From Gemmataceae bacterium (GTDB lineage Bacteria; Planctomycetota; Planctomycetia; Gemmatales; Gemmataceae), in the NCBI GenBank assembly GCA_009697105.1, contig SIAQ01000011.1:1551-65550 (forward strand): a stretch of 64,000 bases of DNA, written 5' to 3'. Shown in pieces: positions 24,496-33,745 of the stretch. The notes beneath the pieces were generated by a model. That model was not told the DNA's origin, did not search any database, and saw only the letters and a program-made list of their open reading frames with translations. Both the position numbers and the translations under genes were made by a program. Each line of letters opens with the position of its first letter. Position 1 is the stretch's first letter.

Positions 24496-24541
24496 GCACT
24501 CTCGCTGCGAGTGAGGAAATGCCGCCTGGTAACTTCCCTGA

Positions 24542-24601
24542 TTTTCGCTTGTGGCTTAGCGCTCGCGTGGCGTGAAGTGTGCGCTAAGCCACAAGCGAAA
24601 A
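24542..24601. repeat. Family D element (TTTTCGCTTGTGGCTTAGCGCTCGCG ... GCGCTAAGCCACAAGCGAAAA)
   Basis: Inverted arms read directly. Confidence 0.8.
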
Positions 24602-24630
24602 TCAGCAAATCAGCATATGCTATCACCAAT

Positions 24631-25305
24631 ATGTCCGTCTCCATCATCATCCCTACCTGGAACGAAGCTGCCCATATAACGGCGACCGTGGCAGGATTGC
24701 GCGCTCAGGGCGACTGCGAGATCATCGTCGTTGACGGCGGCAGTAGCGATGCCACCATCGCGCTGGTCAGGGACGCCGACCGTGTGCTTGTCTCGTCACC
24801 GGGCCGAGCTTCGCAGATGAATGCGGGGGCACGCTTGGCCACGCGCGAGAATTTGCTGTTCCTGCACGCGGACTGCCAAATCGAATCAGGCGGACTACAT
24901 GCCATCGATCGCGCCCTCGCTCGGCCTGGCGTGTCGGCTGGCTGCTTCGCAATGCGAGTGGCTGCGGAGGGCTGGGGATTCCGCAGCATCGACGCCTGTG
25001 CGACGGCGCGGGTGCGATTCACAGGCGTGGTCTACGGCGATCAAGGGTTGTTCTTACGCAAACGCGACTTTGAGTTGCTTGGCGGCTTTCCGCGTTTGAG
25101 TTTCATGGAGGATGTGTTCTTCAGCCGAATGCTGGCATCGCGGGGCAGGGCGGTTGTGATCGGTAAGAAGATATTCGTGTCACCACGCCGTTGGGAGCGA
25201 GTCGGACTCGTTCGGCAGACTCTACGTAATTGGACGCTGACGGCACTCGCGCTCGGTGGCGTGTCGCCGGATCGATTGGCCGAATATTATCCGCGCGTGC
25301 GATAA
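24631..25305 (+). CDS. Family 2 glycosyltransferase
   Basis: SIIIPTWNE, VVDGGSSD and LFLHAD motifs. Start at ATG 24631, since the longer ORF crosses repeat D. Confidence 0.8.
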   Translation: MSVSIIIPTWNEAAHITATVAGLRAQGDCEIIVVDGGSSDATIALVRDADRVLVSSPGRASQMNAGARLATRENLLFLHADCQIESGGLHAIDRALARPGVSAGCFAMRVAAEGWGFRSIDACATARVRFTGVVYGDQGLFLRKRDFELLGGFPRLSFMEDVFFSRMLASRGRAVVIGKKIFVSPRRWERVGLVRQTLRNWTLTALALGGVSPDRLAEYYPRVR

Positions 25306-25306
25306 A

Positions 25307-26962
25307 TTATTTTGGCATCGAGAGCATGCGGTTGAGTTCCTCCACCGCGCGGTCGAGGTAGTAGTTACGCATCATGTTCAATTCGGAATGGACCATGCGT
25401 TCGTCGAGAAAAATGTGCGGCACCACGCCGCGGCCCGAGTAGGGTTGGCCCTTCGGGGAAAAGAATTGTGCGACGCTCAGTTTCATGCCACCGGCGGGGA
25501 TGTTGCCTATCGCATTCGGCAGCTTCAAGACAGCTTGCGTGCAGCCTTTGCCGAAGGTCGTTTGGCCGATAAGTACGGCGCGATTGTTGTCTTTCAACGC
25601 TCCGGCCAATAACTCTGCGGCGCTGGCGGTTTCATTATCGATCAAGACGACTAAGGGTGCCGCGAGGGCGTTCGGGTTCTTGGCATGAAAGACTTCGGAT
25701 TTGCGAGCATTGAGGGTTGAGCCGATGATGCCCGTGGACAGGAATCGTCGCGCGGTTTCGATGGAGCTTTCAAATATCCCACCGTTGTTTTCGCGCAGAT
25801 CGACGATCAACCCTTTGAGGCTCGACTGCGTGAATGCGCTGATCGCGGCATCAACCTCCTGCGGCGTCACGTCCGTAAAACTGCCGATTTTCAGATAGCC
25901 ATACTGAGTGTTCATCAGCTGGAGAAATGTGACGCCCGATGCGATCGTTCGGCGTTGGATGTGCACCGTGCGGGCCATCAGGCCGTCGGCGGAGACCAAT
26001 TCGATTTCGACCGATGTGCCCACGGGACCGTACAGGAGCGATTGAATCTGATTGAGCGGTAAGTCAACAATTGATTTTTTGTTAATGCTCACGATCTGAT
26101 CGTTAGGGCGGATTGGCGGGTCCATTTGCAGGACGGGACTGTTGTCCGCAATACGGTGGATGACGATTTTGTTGTCGCGAATATCCAGCGTCAGGCCGAT
26201 GCCGATTGCTTCGTTTCGCGTCAGATTGTCGGCCAGTTCGCGCAGCTGATTTGGCGTGAGGTAGACCGTGTACTCGTCAATGGCGTAGCACGAGCCACAC
26301 GCGAACTCCATGACGCTGACTGTCGCGTCAAGTCCGAGGTGTGCCTCGGCGGCCAGGGCGATTTCGCCGATCTGGCGCATCGCTTCCTCGCGCGAGGCCG
26401 GGTTCATGTCGGCCCAGTTGCGTTTCAACGCGGCTCGGAAGTCTTCTACCAGGCCATGCTTGTCGATCGGTACGTGGTGTTGAAGAAAAGTTGGGTCTGC
26501 CAAGGCGTTGTCAAGTTCGCGGACACCCTGGCCGAACAATTTCCCAGGCGCGATCTTCTTCTTGTCAAAGGCACCATCGAGAAGCGTCTTGTTCACAATG
26601 CCACAAATACGCATCGCCTGGCCATAATCAACGGACAACACTTCCTTGCGATAACTAGCATCGAGATGCCGGCGTGTCTGTCGGCACTGGCGAAGCGAAA
26701 CCCAGTAACGATCACGAATCCGAAGTCCGGGATCGGTTTGGCCTAGTAGGGCTTCGTAGATTTCGCTAGCTTTTTCCCAGTTGGCTTGTTTCTCAAATTC
26801 TTGTGCTTGCTGAACGAGCAGGCGTATTTGATTCTCAGGAAGTGCCAGCGATTGTGGCGTGCCGATAAGAATGGCACAGCCGATGAGGAAAATGCCGCAA
26901 ATGGTTTTGGCGAGGCCAGTCGTCACGGAAACCTCCTCATGGCGAGGATGCAGAACTACCAC
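25307..26962 (-). CDS. Carboxy-terminal processing peptidase (S41) with PDZ domain
   Basis: DLRENNGG, NETASAAELLAGALKD and TFGKG motifs. N-terminal TM/signal. Confidence 0.85.
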   Translation of the reverse strand: MVVLHPRHEEVSVTTGLAKTICGIFLIGCAILIGTPQSLALPENQIRLLVQQAQEFEKQANWEKASEIYEALLGQTDPGLRIRDRYWVSLRQCRQTRRHLDASYRKEVLSVDYGQAMRICGIVNKTLLDGAFDKKKIAPGKLFGQGVRELDNALADPTFLQHHVPIDKHGLVEDFRAALKRNWADMNPASREEAMRQIGEIALAAEAHLGLDATVSVMEFACGSCYAIDEYTVYLTPNQLRELADNLTRNEAIGIGLTLDIRDNKIVIHRIADNSPVLQMDPPIRPNDQIVSINKKSIVDLPLNQIQSLLYGPVGTSVEIELVSADGLMARTVHIQRRTIASGVTFLQLMNTQYGYLKIGSFTDVTPQEVDAAISAFTQSSLKGLIVDLRENNGGIFESSIETARRFLSTGIIGSTLNARKSEVFHAKNPNALAAPLVVLIDNETASAAELLAGALKDNNRAVLIGQTTFGKGCTQAVLKLPNAIGNIPAGGMKLSVAQFFSPKGQPYSGRGVVPHIFLDERMVHSELNMMRNYYLDRAVEELNRMLSMPK

Positions 26963-27283
26963 TTATCAGTATAAAGGGAGATTGAGTTTACGTCAAATAG
27001 ACGTTTGCGAAAAACAAATAGTTTTTTCGAGCGGGCGATTTTTTCACGCTGCTCGCAAAAGGCATTCGATTTAATGTAGACACCACCGACAAAAGTCGAT
27101 TTCCTGTCGGAGGCTGAAGAGGCATTCAGGCTGCCTCGCTTACGCTTCAGCCTCGGAAGCGGAATATTGTCGGGGGCGTCAATGTAGTGCCGAAATTGCA
27201 ACAAGCAGCGAGCATTTCAGAGCCGGATGCGTGAGCGACCGGGTGATTGTCCGTCGCTCGCGCGTCCGGCTCTAAAGCTATCG

Positions 27284-27562
27284 CTAGCGTGTGCTGGTTC
27301 CCGTTTGCAGCGAGTGCGACTGCATCTCCAAAAAGTGCGGTTTCGGCAGTTCGAGTTCGGATTCTGGCGTTGTGCCGGTCGCGGTCTGGAACGCCATGCG
27401 CGTGCCTTCCAATGTCGCTACGATGTAGATCGCAGCGATCAGGATGAGCACGAATGGCATCAGAAAAAGAATGAAGATCGGCGTGCCGACGTTCAGAACG
27501 AAGCGGGGGATCGGCAAGGGCAAGGGCGAGGGCGGCGTGTCGATGAGTGGCGTGCTGTCCAT
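27284..27562 (-). CDS. Hypothetical small membrane protein
   Basis: 92-aa ORF with one clear TM helix (IFILFLMPFVLILIAAIYIVATL). No family recognised. Confidence 0.35.
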   Translation of the reverse strand: MDSTPLIDTPPSPLPLPIPRFVLNVGTPIFILFLMPFVLILIAAIYIVATLEGTRMAFQTATGTTPESELELPKPHFLEMQSHSLQTGTSTR

Positions 27563-27585
27563 GCGCTGTCCTCACGTGGTGATGT

Positions 27586-27633
27586 GTTTACGTTTAGCGC
27601 TCGCATGACGTCAATCGAGAGCTAAACGTAAAC
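27586..27633. repeat. Family D variant (GTTTACGTTTAGCGCTCGC ... GAGAGCTAAACGTAAAC)
   Basis: Inverted arms. Sister of the copy at 16181. Confidence 0.75.
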
Positions 27634-27659
27634 AACAATTTCTTATACCCCAAATCGCC

Positions 27660-28892
27660 TCAAAAACGCAATTTCAATCGGCCCAGGCGGTTTACGGTCT
27701 CGATCATCAGAGCATCCTCTTCGCGTTCGTCCTTCGCCAAATACGTTACCGAGAAACGTAGGTACGGCCCGGCGTTATCCCATGGCACGCAGATGACCGA
27801 TTGCTCGTGGATGAAGAACTGCGACGCTTCCTCGCCGTTCGCGAAGTTGCGCTCGCCGCACCCGGTCGGAGCTTTGACATAGAGGAAGTAGGTTCCGCCA
27901 GGCATCTTCGCCTCAAAGCCGACTTGATTGAGGGCATCGACGAGTTTGGTCAGTCGGCGATGGTATTTGGCGCGAATCTGATCGCCGATCTCGGGGTGGT
28001 CGAGCGCCGCCTTGGCCGCTTGTTGAATCGCCATGAATTGGCCTGAGTCGCTGTTGTCTTTGACGTCGGCGAAGGCCTGCACAATCTTCGGATGCCCGGC
28101 GACGAACGCCATGCGCCAGCCGATCATGTTGAAACCTTTCGACATCGAATGAATTTCGACGCCGACTTCTCTGGCGCCGTCGACCTGTAAAAAGCTCAAC
28201 GGCGGCTCGCCATAACTCAAGAGGATATGGGCGGCGTCTTGCACGACGACGATCTTGTTCTTGTGGGCGAACTCGATGACTCGCTTGTAGAAATCGCGCG
28301 TGGCGACTTTGCCGGTCGGGCTGTTCGGGTAGTTGATGACGAGCAGCTTGGCTTTCTTGCGAATGTCGTCGGGGATGCTGTCGATGTCGGGGAAGAAGCC
28401 GTTCGCTTCGCGCAGGGGTAGGTCGTGGACTTTGCCGCCGTAATACTTGGTGTGCGTGCCCGCGACCGGGTAGCCGGGCACGGTCATCAGCGTGTAATCG
28501 CCTGGGTTGATAAAGGCGGCGGGGATCATGGCGAGGGCCGGCTTTGAGCCGATCGCGTGGTTGATTTCCGTTTCGGGATCGAGAGTGACGCCGAAAACCT
28601 TTTTCATGAAATTGGCGGCGGATTCTTTGAACGCGGCGATGCCGTTGTCGGCGTAACCGCGGTTTTCGAGCTTGTCGATCTCACGCTTGGCGACATCGCG
28701 CACCATCGGGTCGGCCATCTCGTCGTTTTCGCCGATACCGAAATCGAGCAAGGTGCGTTCCGGATGTGCTGCATGGACGGCCCGTTTGGCGCGTTTGATC
28801 TTCTCGAACTTGTAAATCTCGGTTCCTTTGCCATAGTTTGCCCCGCCGATACGGTCGGCAAAGAGTTCTTGGAACCACGGGTCGGTCGTCAT
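27660..28892 (-). CDS. dapL: LL-diaminopimelate aminotransferase
   Basis: 410 aa with N-terminal FADRIGGANYGKGTEIYKFEKIKRAK and the PLP-lysine region SMSKGFNMIGWR. Confidence 0.85.
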   Translation of the reverse strand: MTTDPWFQELFADRIGGANYGKGTEIYKFEKIKRAKRAVHAAHPERTLLDFGIGENDEMADPMVRDVAKREIDKLENRGYADNGIAAFKESAANFMKKVFGVTLDPETEINHAIGSKPALAMIPAAFINPGDYTLMTVPGYPVAGTHTKYYGGKVHDLPLREANGFFPDIDSIPDDIRKKAKLLVINYPNSPTGKVATRDFYKRVIEFAHKNKIVVVQDAAHILLSYGEPPLSFLQVDGAREVGVEIHSMSKGFNMIGWRMAFVAGHPKIVQAFADVKDNSDSGQFMAIQQAAKAALDHPEIGDQIRAKYHRRLTKLVDALNQVGFEAKMPGGTYFLYVKAPTGCGERNFANGEEASQFFIHEQSVICVPWDNAGPYLRFSVTYLAKDEREEDALMIETVNRLGRLKLRF

Positions 28893-29175
28893 CGTCTTGG
28901 ATCCTTATCGCGTTGGATGAACAGAGGTTTGCAAACGCCGGTTCGGCAAGTGCATCCGGTGTATCCTATGCGTGCGCCTGGCCATCGTCCGCGCCGAAGA
29001 CGCAGCCCGTAGCGAGACGGTTACGTGAAAGCCCAATGAAAAACCCAAGGCCGGGCTTTCAGTGCTTGCGGTTTCTGATTATGATGATTGGAATAGTCCG
29101 TGGCCCGTGGTCCGTTGCAAATACACGGAAGCGATGGCTCTCGGGTTAGAGCCGCAATCAGCAGTATTCACGAAG

Positions 29176-29199
29176 GACCACTGACCACTAGCCACTAAT
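29176..29199 (+). repeat. Tandem heptamers GACCACT GACCACT AGCCACT
   Basis: Read directly. This is another solo heptamer array, like 12854. Confidence 0.6.
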
Positions 29200-29213
29200 A
29201 TTGAGGATTGCTC

Positions 29214-29774
29214 GTGGGATTGATAGCCCGTGATCGAGAACTGATTCGACGCTGCTTGCACCATGAATCCGGAGCGTGGAACGATTTTGTCGATCGTTTC
29301 CTCGGGTTGGTGTACCACGTCGTTCAACATACCACCGACATGCGAAGCCAACCGCTCAAGCCGGAGGACAAGGAAGACGTTGCGGCCCAGGTCATGCTCA
29401 AGATCGTCGAGAACGATTATGCGGCGTTGAGGCAGTTCCGTGGGAAGAGCAGTCTGGCCTCTTATCTAACTGTCATTGCAAGGCGAACATGCGTCAACGA
29501 ATTGGCTGGGAAATCGCAGAACAAAGGCGCCGCCGCTGTGAATGAATACACGGCGGAGGCGAAGAACCAGACCAAGCCGAGGCCAGGATTGGAAACGCTG
29601 GAAGAGGTAGCAAAGCTGCTTCGCAAGCTACCAAGCCGAGAGCGGGCTGTAGTGCGATTGTTCTATCTGGAAAGCCGAAGCTACGAGGAGATCAGCTCGG
29701 AGCTGAACATTCCCGTCAACAGCATCGGCGCCATCCTGGCGCGAGCACGCAAGAAGCTGCGTGGCGAGGATTGA
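29214..29774 (+). CDS. ECF-type RNA polymerase sigma factor
   Basis: Region 2 (YLTVIARRTCVNE) and region 4 HTH (RERAVVRLFYLESRSYEEISSELNIPVNSIGAILARARKKLR). GTG start at 29214 with GAGGA upstream. TTG 29208 is also possible. Confidence 0.8.
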   Translation: MGLIARDRELIRRCLHHESGAWNDFVDRFLGLVYHVVQHTTDMRSQPLKPEDKEDVAAQVMLKIVENDYAALRQFRGKSSLASYLTVIARRTCVNELAGKSQNKGAAAVNEYTAEAKNQTKPRPGLETLEEVAKLLRKLPSRERAVVRLFYLESRSYEEISSELNIPVNSIGAILARARKKLRGED

Positions 29775-29787
29775 GACATGTCATCGC

Positions 29788-30795
29788 TTAAGGCATTTCA
29801 AATGGATTCCCGTCGGCGCGGGCACACATGAATTGAAGCGTGTTCAAGGTGATCGATGTCGTGATAAATCGAACGGAACCATCGCCAAGGCAGACATGCG
29901 CTCCGCCGCTGTGGAATGAATAGATTTCGCCTTGATTGTTGCAATTGATACGGCACGCGGTCGGTACTTCAGCGCCAGCGGCCAGGGTTGTGCCCAGTGA
30001 GTTCGAGCCGTCCACGGCAATGTCGTTGCCCGAATGCGCCCAAGCGCCGTTCATGAATGTTGGCTGAGTCGGGTTCTTGGCGTTGAATAACCAACCTTCT
30101 GGACGAGCGGCGGCTTCGGCGAGCATGATCGTGTTGCTCAGCCCATCGGTTACGTGCGATTGCGGGGTGAATTGGTTGCTCGCCAAGATGGCTTTCACTG
30201 CCGGATCGCCCGGATAGGCGAGGCCCATCGCTGTCCAGACGGCCGCTCGATTGTTCGCGCGATTGACGGCCATGTAATCGGTGGTTGCGGGAATCCATCC
30301 AGCGCCGTAGATCGCCGGCTCCAAGATCGGATTGATCTCGTGCGGCGGGTGGGAACTTGGGCATTCAAACATCTTAATGCGAGTCGACGCTGCCGCGCGG
30401 TTGCCGGGATCGAACCAGTCTTTGCGATAATCGTAGGGCGTGCCGCTCGCGGTGAGGACGTTTCCTTGTTCGATATAGGGCAGGATAATCGAGAGGAAGC
30501 TGTGCTTGGCAAAATCGGTGGCGGTTGTGCCGGTTTTTCCAGCCTTGAGAAAGGGTTCAAGTCCCGGGAAATCCGCCGTCGCGGGCGTTTGTACGCTTGA
30601 AGGCGGGAATCTTTTCTGGGCACCAAGAAGGTTGTGCAACGCAAGGCCAAGCTGCTTGAAATGGTTGCTGCATTGCGTCCGGGCGGCGGCTTCGCGCACC
30701 TTTTGCACCGCAGGCACAAGTAGTGCGATGAGTATGGCGATGATGGCGATAACCACCAATAATTCGATCAATGTAAAACCTCGACGTTTCTGCAT
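29788..30795 (-). CDS. DUF1559 protein with prepilin-type N-terminal cleavage/methylation domain (H-X9-DG)
   Basis: RGFTLIELLVVIAIIAILIALLVPAVQKVREAA plus C-terminal FHSGGAHVCLGDGSVRF. This is a hallmark of Planctomycetota. Confidence 0.9.
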   Translation of the reverse strand: MQKRRGFTLIELLVVIAIIAILIALLVPAVQKVREAAARTQCSNHFKQLGLALHNLLGAQKRFPPSSVQTPATADFPGLEPFLKAGKTGTTATDFAKHSFLSIILPYIEQGNVLTASGTPYDYRKDWFDPGNRAAASTRIKMFECPSSHPPHEINPILEPAIYGAGWIPATTDYMAVNRANNRAAVWTAMGLAYPGDPAVKAILASNQFTPQSHVTDGLSNTIMLAEAAARPEGWLFNAKNPTQPTFMNGAWAHSGNDIAVDGSNSLGTTLAAGAEVPTACRINCNNQGEIYSFHSGGAHVCLGDGSVRFITTSITLNTLQFMCARADGNPFEMP

Positions 30796-30931
30796 GGCTG
30801 CATCTCACGGTAAAAAAGATGACGAATTCGATATGTCTGTTTTCTACTCAACCAAGCCACGGATGCAAATGAAAATGTGCCGAAGATTTGCGGACGATTG
30901 CCACCGGTTCGATTACGCCAAAATTAGGCGG

Positions 30932-31558
30932 CTATCGCTCCTCCTGCTCGCCCGCCGCCGCGAAAATCGCCTGGCACGCCAGTGTGAATCCGGGCAGCAG
31001 TTTGGACTGACAGATGTCCTGCAGGCCTAGTGTCTTCTGGATACAGGCGTTTTTGTTGCGGCGTAGACCAAGAATCTGTTGAAGATTCGTATCAACGATC
31101 CAGTATTCCTTCACGCCAAGGGACCAATATTCTTCGCGTTTTTGCGAGTAATCGCGTTCGACGGATCCCGGCGAGATCATCTCGACCACAAGGTCCGGGA
31201 ACCACGTTCGCCACATCGTATGGCCTTTTCGGTTCGGCGGCGGCGTGAGATAAACGGCGATGTCTGGATGGCGTTCGCTATCCCATTCTGGAATAAGAAG
31301 TTTGCATTCCATCGTACCGCAGATTTCGTAGATGCGCTTTGGATTCTCTATCCGAAAGTGCTCCATGTGGGATCGGACGTATCCGACCGTTCGCATATGC
31401 GGGAACTTAGCAACTTCGGACACGACGACATACCCCCGTGCGAGTTCGCAGATGTATCCGTCCTCGACCTGCGCGAATTCAAACGCCGTCAACGACATGC
31501 GCCGACCGTGGTCGCGCAGTCCGAGTTTCGTTGAGAGCGTATTTATTTTCAGAATCAT
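30932..31558 (-). CDS. Uma2-family (DUF820) endonuclease
   Basis: PDLVVEMISPGSVERDYSQKREEYWSLGVKEYWIVD motif. Start at ATG 31558. Confidence 0.85.
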   Translation of the reverse strand: MILKINTLSTKLGLRDHGRRMSLTAFEFAQVEDGYICELARGYVVVSEVAKFPHMRTVGYVRSHMEHFRIENPKRIYEICGTMECKLLIPEWDSERHPDIAVYLTPPPNRKGHTMWRTWFPDLVVEMISPGSVERDYSQKREEYWSLGVKEYWIVDTNLQQILGLRRNKNACIQKTLGLQDICQSKLLPGFTLACQAIFAAAGEQEER

Positions 31559-31636
31559 ACACGCTTCCGGTATTACAGAGGAATCCCCGACCAAATCCCA
31601 TCAAACTCAGTTGCGAGGGTGTTCTCAAGTCCTTTC

Positions 31637-32116
31637 TTATTTCTTCCCTGCGCACTCCGCCGACTCGAGCACGGCGCGGATGATCTTGTCGTAACCCGTG
31701 CATCGGCACAGGTTGCCCGCGAGGAAATGGCGTGCCTCGTGCTCGGTCGGATGCGGGTTCTTTTCGAGCAGCGCCTTCGTTGCCATGATGAAGCCCGGCG
31801 TGCAGATGCCGCATTGAAGGGCCGCCCCTTCGAGGAAACATTTCTGAATCGGGTGCAGGCTTTCCTTGTTGGCGACGCCTTCGATGGTCGTGAGGCTTCG
31901 ACCCTCGACCTCGGCGGCCATCACGAGACAGCTATTGACGAGCCGACCGTCGAGAATGACGTTGCACGATCCGCAGTTGCCGTTGTTGCACCCTTCCTTC
32001 GCGCCGGTCATCTTCAACTCGTCGCGCAAGGCTTCAAGCAGGCTGTTGCGTGGTTCGCAAAGGAACTCCGTCGCATTGCCATTGATGGTGCAGGTGATGT
32101 GGAGTTTCTTGGACAT
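31637..32116 (-). CDS. (2Fe-2S)-binding small subunit of the xanthine dehydrogenase/CO dehydrogenase family (CoxS-like)
   Basis: CNNGNCGSCNV and CGICTPG/CRCTGY Cys clusters. Start at ATG 32116 with AAGGAAAC upstream. Confidence 0.85.
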   Translation of the reverse strand: MSKKLHITCTINGNATEFLCEPRNSLLEALRDELKMTGAKEGCNNGNCGSCNVILDGRLVNSCLVMAAEVEGRSLTTIEGVANKESLHPIQKCFLEGAALQCGICTPGFIMATKALLEKNPHPTEHEARHFLAGNLCRCTGYDKIIRAVLESAECAGKK

Positions 32117-32140
32117 GGTGATGGTTTCCTTATTTCTATT

Positions 32141-32228
32141 CAAGCCCCAGGATGAGCGAAGCGATTCCTGGGGGTTTCGTTACCGATGCTTTCACCCCCA
32201 CCAATCGCTTCGCTCATGATGGGGCTTG
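32141..32228. repeat. Palindromic repeat, family H (CAAGCCCCAGGATGAGCGAAGCGATTCCTGGGGG ... CCCCCACCAATCGCTTCGCTCATGATGGGGCTTG)
   Basis: Sits in the coxM-coxS intercistronic gap. Sister copy at 35569, with half copies at 18661 and 19723. Confidence 0.85.
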
Positions 32229-32237
32229 GCAAGGTGA

Positions 32238-33110
32238 TTATTGTTTCGCCCGTTCAATCGCGATCGCCAGCGCCCGTCTTACGAGCACGCCGACGAGGTG
32301 TTTGCGATACTCGGCATCGCCTCGCATGTCGCTGATCGGTTTGGCTGCGGCCTGAGCGAGGTTGGCTGCTTTCGTGATCGCTGTTTCATCGAGCGTGGTG
32401 CCGACTAACGCAGCACCGGCATCGGCAACGAGCAACGGCGTCGGCGCGACGGCGGCCAACGCTATACGGGCGGCGAGGCATTTCGCCTTCGCCGCATTCA
32501 ATTGGATGGCAACGCCGACACCGACAACGGCAATGTCCATTTCATTGCGCGGAATGAAGCGAAGATAGGCCGCCCCGGACGCCGCCTTCTTCGAAGGAAA
32601 ACGCAACCGCATCAGAATTTCGCCACGCTGCAGTTGGTTCTTGCCTGGGCCTGTGCAGAATTGCTCGACAGGAACACTGCGGATGCCCTTCGGCCCGGCG
32701 ATGTCGCACACGCCTTCGAGCGCGATCAGCACTGGGATGCCGTCCGCTGCGGGTGAGGCGTTGCAAAGGTTCCCGCCCAGGCTGGCTCGGCTCTGAATCT
32801 GAATGCCGCCGATCAGCGACACCGCATCGATGATGCCGGGATACGCTTTGGCGATGGCGGCGTTCTCGTAGATCAAGCAGCACGGCACCGCGGCGCCGAT
32901 GACCAGGCCCTTCGCCGGGTCATAGCTCAGCTCGTTGACCTCTGGCACGCGTTTAATATCGACGAGCGCGTCGATGTCCCGCCGGCCTTCGCGCACTTGC
33001 ACGATGACGTCGGTCCCGCCCGCAAGAATGCGTGCGCGATCGCCCTTATCGTTCAGGATAGCCGTCGTTTCGGCAAGTGTCCGTGGGGCGGCGTAGGTAA
33101 TGTCTTTCAT
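32238..33110 (-). CDS. FAD-binding medium subunit of the xanthine dehydrogenase/CO dehydrogenase family (CoxM-like)
   Basis: LAGGTDVIVQVREG and the GGNLCNASPAADG motif. Confidence 0.85.
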   Translation of the reverse strand: MKDITYAAPRTLAETTAILNDKGDRARILAGGTDVIVQVREGRRDIDALVDIKRVPEVNELSYDPAKGLVIGAAVPCCLIYENAAIAKAYPGIIDAVSLIGGIQIQSRASLGGNLCNASPAADGIPVLIALEGVCDIAGPKGIRSVPVEQFCTGPGKNQLQRGEILMRLRFPSKKAASGAAYLRFIPRNEMDIAVVGVGVAIQLNAAKAKCLAARIALAAVAPTPLLVADAGAALVGTTLDETAITKAANLAQAAAKPISDMRGDAEYRKHLVGVLVRRALAIAIERAKQ

Positions 33111-33201
33111 GAAGAATTCTTCCTTCGCATTATTTATGATTGCGAAACCTGATGCTGGCTTTTTGGTGGGAGTTTTTTTGTTTCAATCTGAAGACTCGTG
33201 A

Positions 33202-33375
33202 TTAGCATCGGCTCCAGGTGAATGATGGTTTCTCGTTCATCTTCAAAATGACATTGAATGGACGTACCATCAGCCATTCGGGGTGCGGCACACAAAATTC
33301 CCGCCCATCATTCATCCGCAGGACAAACGGTCGGAAAGGCTCGTGCCTAACATCGCGTATGGAATTCACGTCCAT
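33202..33375 (-). CDS. Small hypothetical protein (57 aa), paralog of the upstream gene. Not in the supplied ORF track.
   Basis: My translation is MDVNSIRDVRHEPFRPFVLRMNDGREFCVPHPEWLMVRPFNVILKMNEKPSFTWSRC. Its ATG overlaps the upstream TGA (TGATG). It shares IR..R..PFRPF.LRM..G.E with 33375-33602. Confidence 0.5.
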   Translation of the reverse strand: MDVNSIRDVRHEPFRPFVLRMNDGREFCVPHPEWLMVRPFNVILKMNEKPSFTWSRC

Positions 33376-33602
33376 CACGCACCTACCTTGTTCGTTTCGT
33401 CAACGAACGAAATCGACTCGACTTCCTCCGGTGACGACATTACAACCGGTCCGGATGCTGAGCTAAAGAAGACAAGGTTTCGAGGTGTGATCAAAAGCGT
33501 CTCCTCGGCTCGAATTACGTATTCTTGGCCCGTCCGCATTCGCAGCCGAAATGGACGAAACGGTTTCTGCAATCGAGCGGCTCGGATTTCTTCGTACGTC
33601 AT
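33375..33602 (-). CDS. Small hypothetical protein (75 aa)
   Basis: MTYEEIRAARLQKPFRPFRLRMRTGQEYVI... with a GAGGA SD upstream of ATG 33602. Confidence 0.55.
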   Translation of the reverse strand: MTYEEIRAARLQKPFRPFRLRMRTGQEYVIRAEETLLITPRNLVFFSSASGPVVMSSPEEVESISFVDETNKVGA

Positions 33603-33745
33603 GGCTGATCCTCGCATTCAAGTATTCACTTTGCTACCCGGCTTATCCCTTACATCGCATGATCGCTGCACCTGTGTATATGTTGGCACATCCGCGTCGC
33701 CAAGGCAAGCGGATGTTGGCGGGTCAGCTTCGCCATCGAGCACGA

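Noticed and set aside
26963-27283. The AT-rich gap upstream of the S41 peptidase, including ORF 26956-27204, as a coding or ncRNA locus
   Set aside because: The ORF product is Lys/Arg/Ser-rich with no family. The region contains only a partial arm of the outer family I repeat (about 27085) and weak hairpins. There is not enough evidence to call a feature.
28893-29207. Lysine or other riboswitch in the divergent gap between dapL and the ECF sigma gene
   Set aside because: I could align no conserved riboswitch core. The only features are a hairpin GAAAGCCC...GGGCTTTC (about 29028-29061) and a heptamer array.
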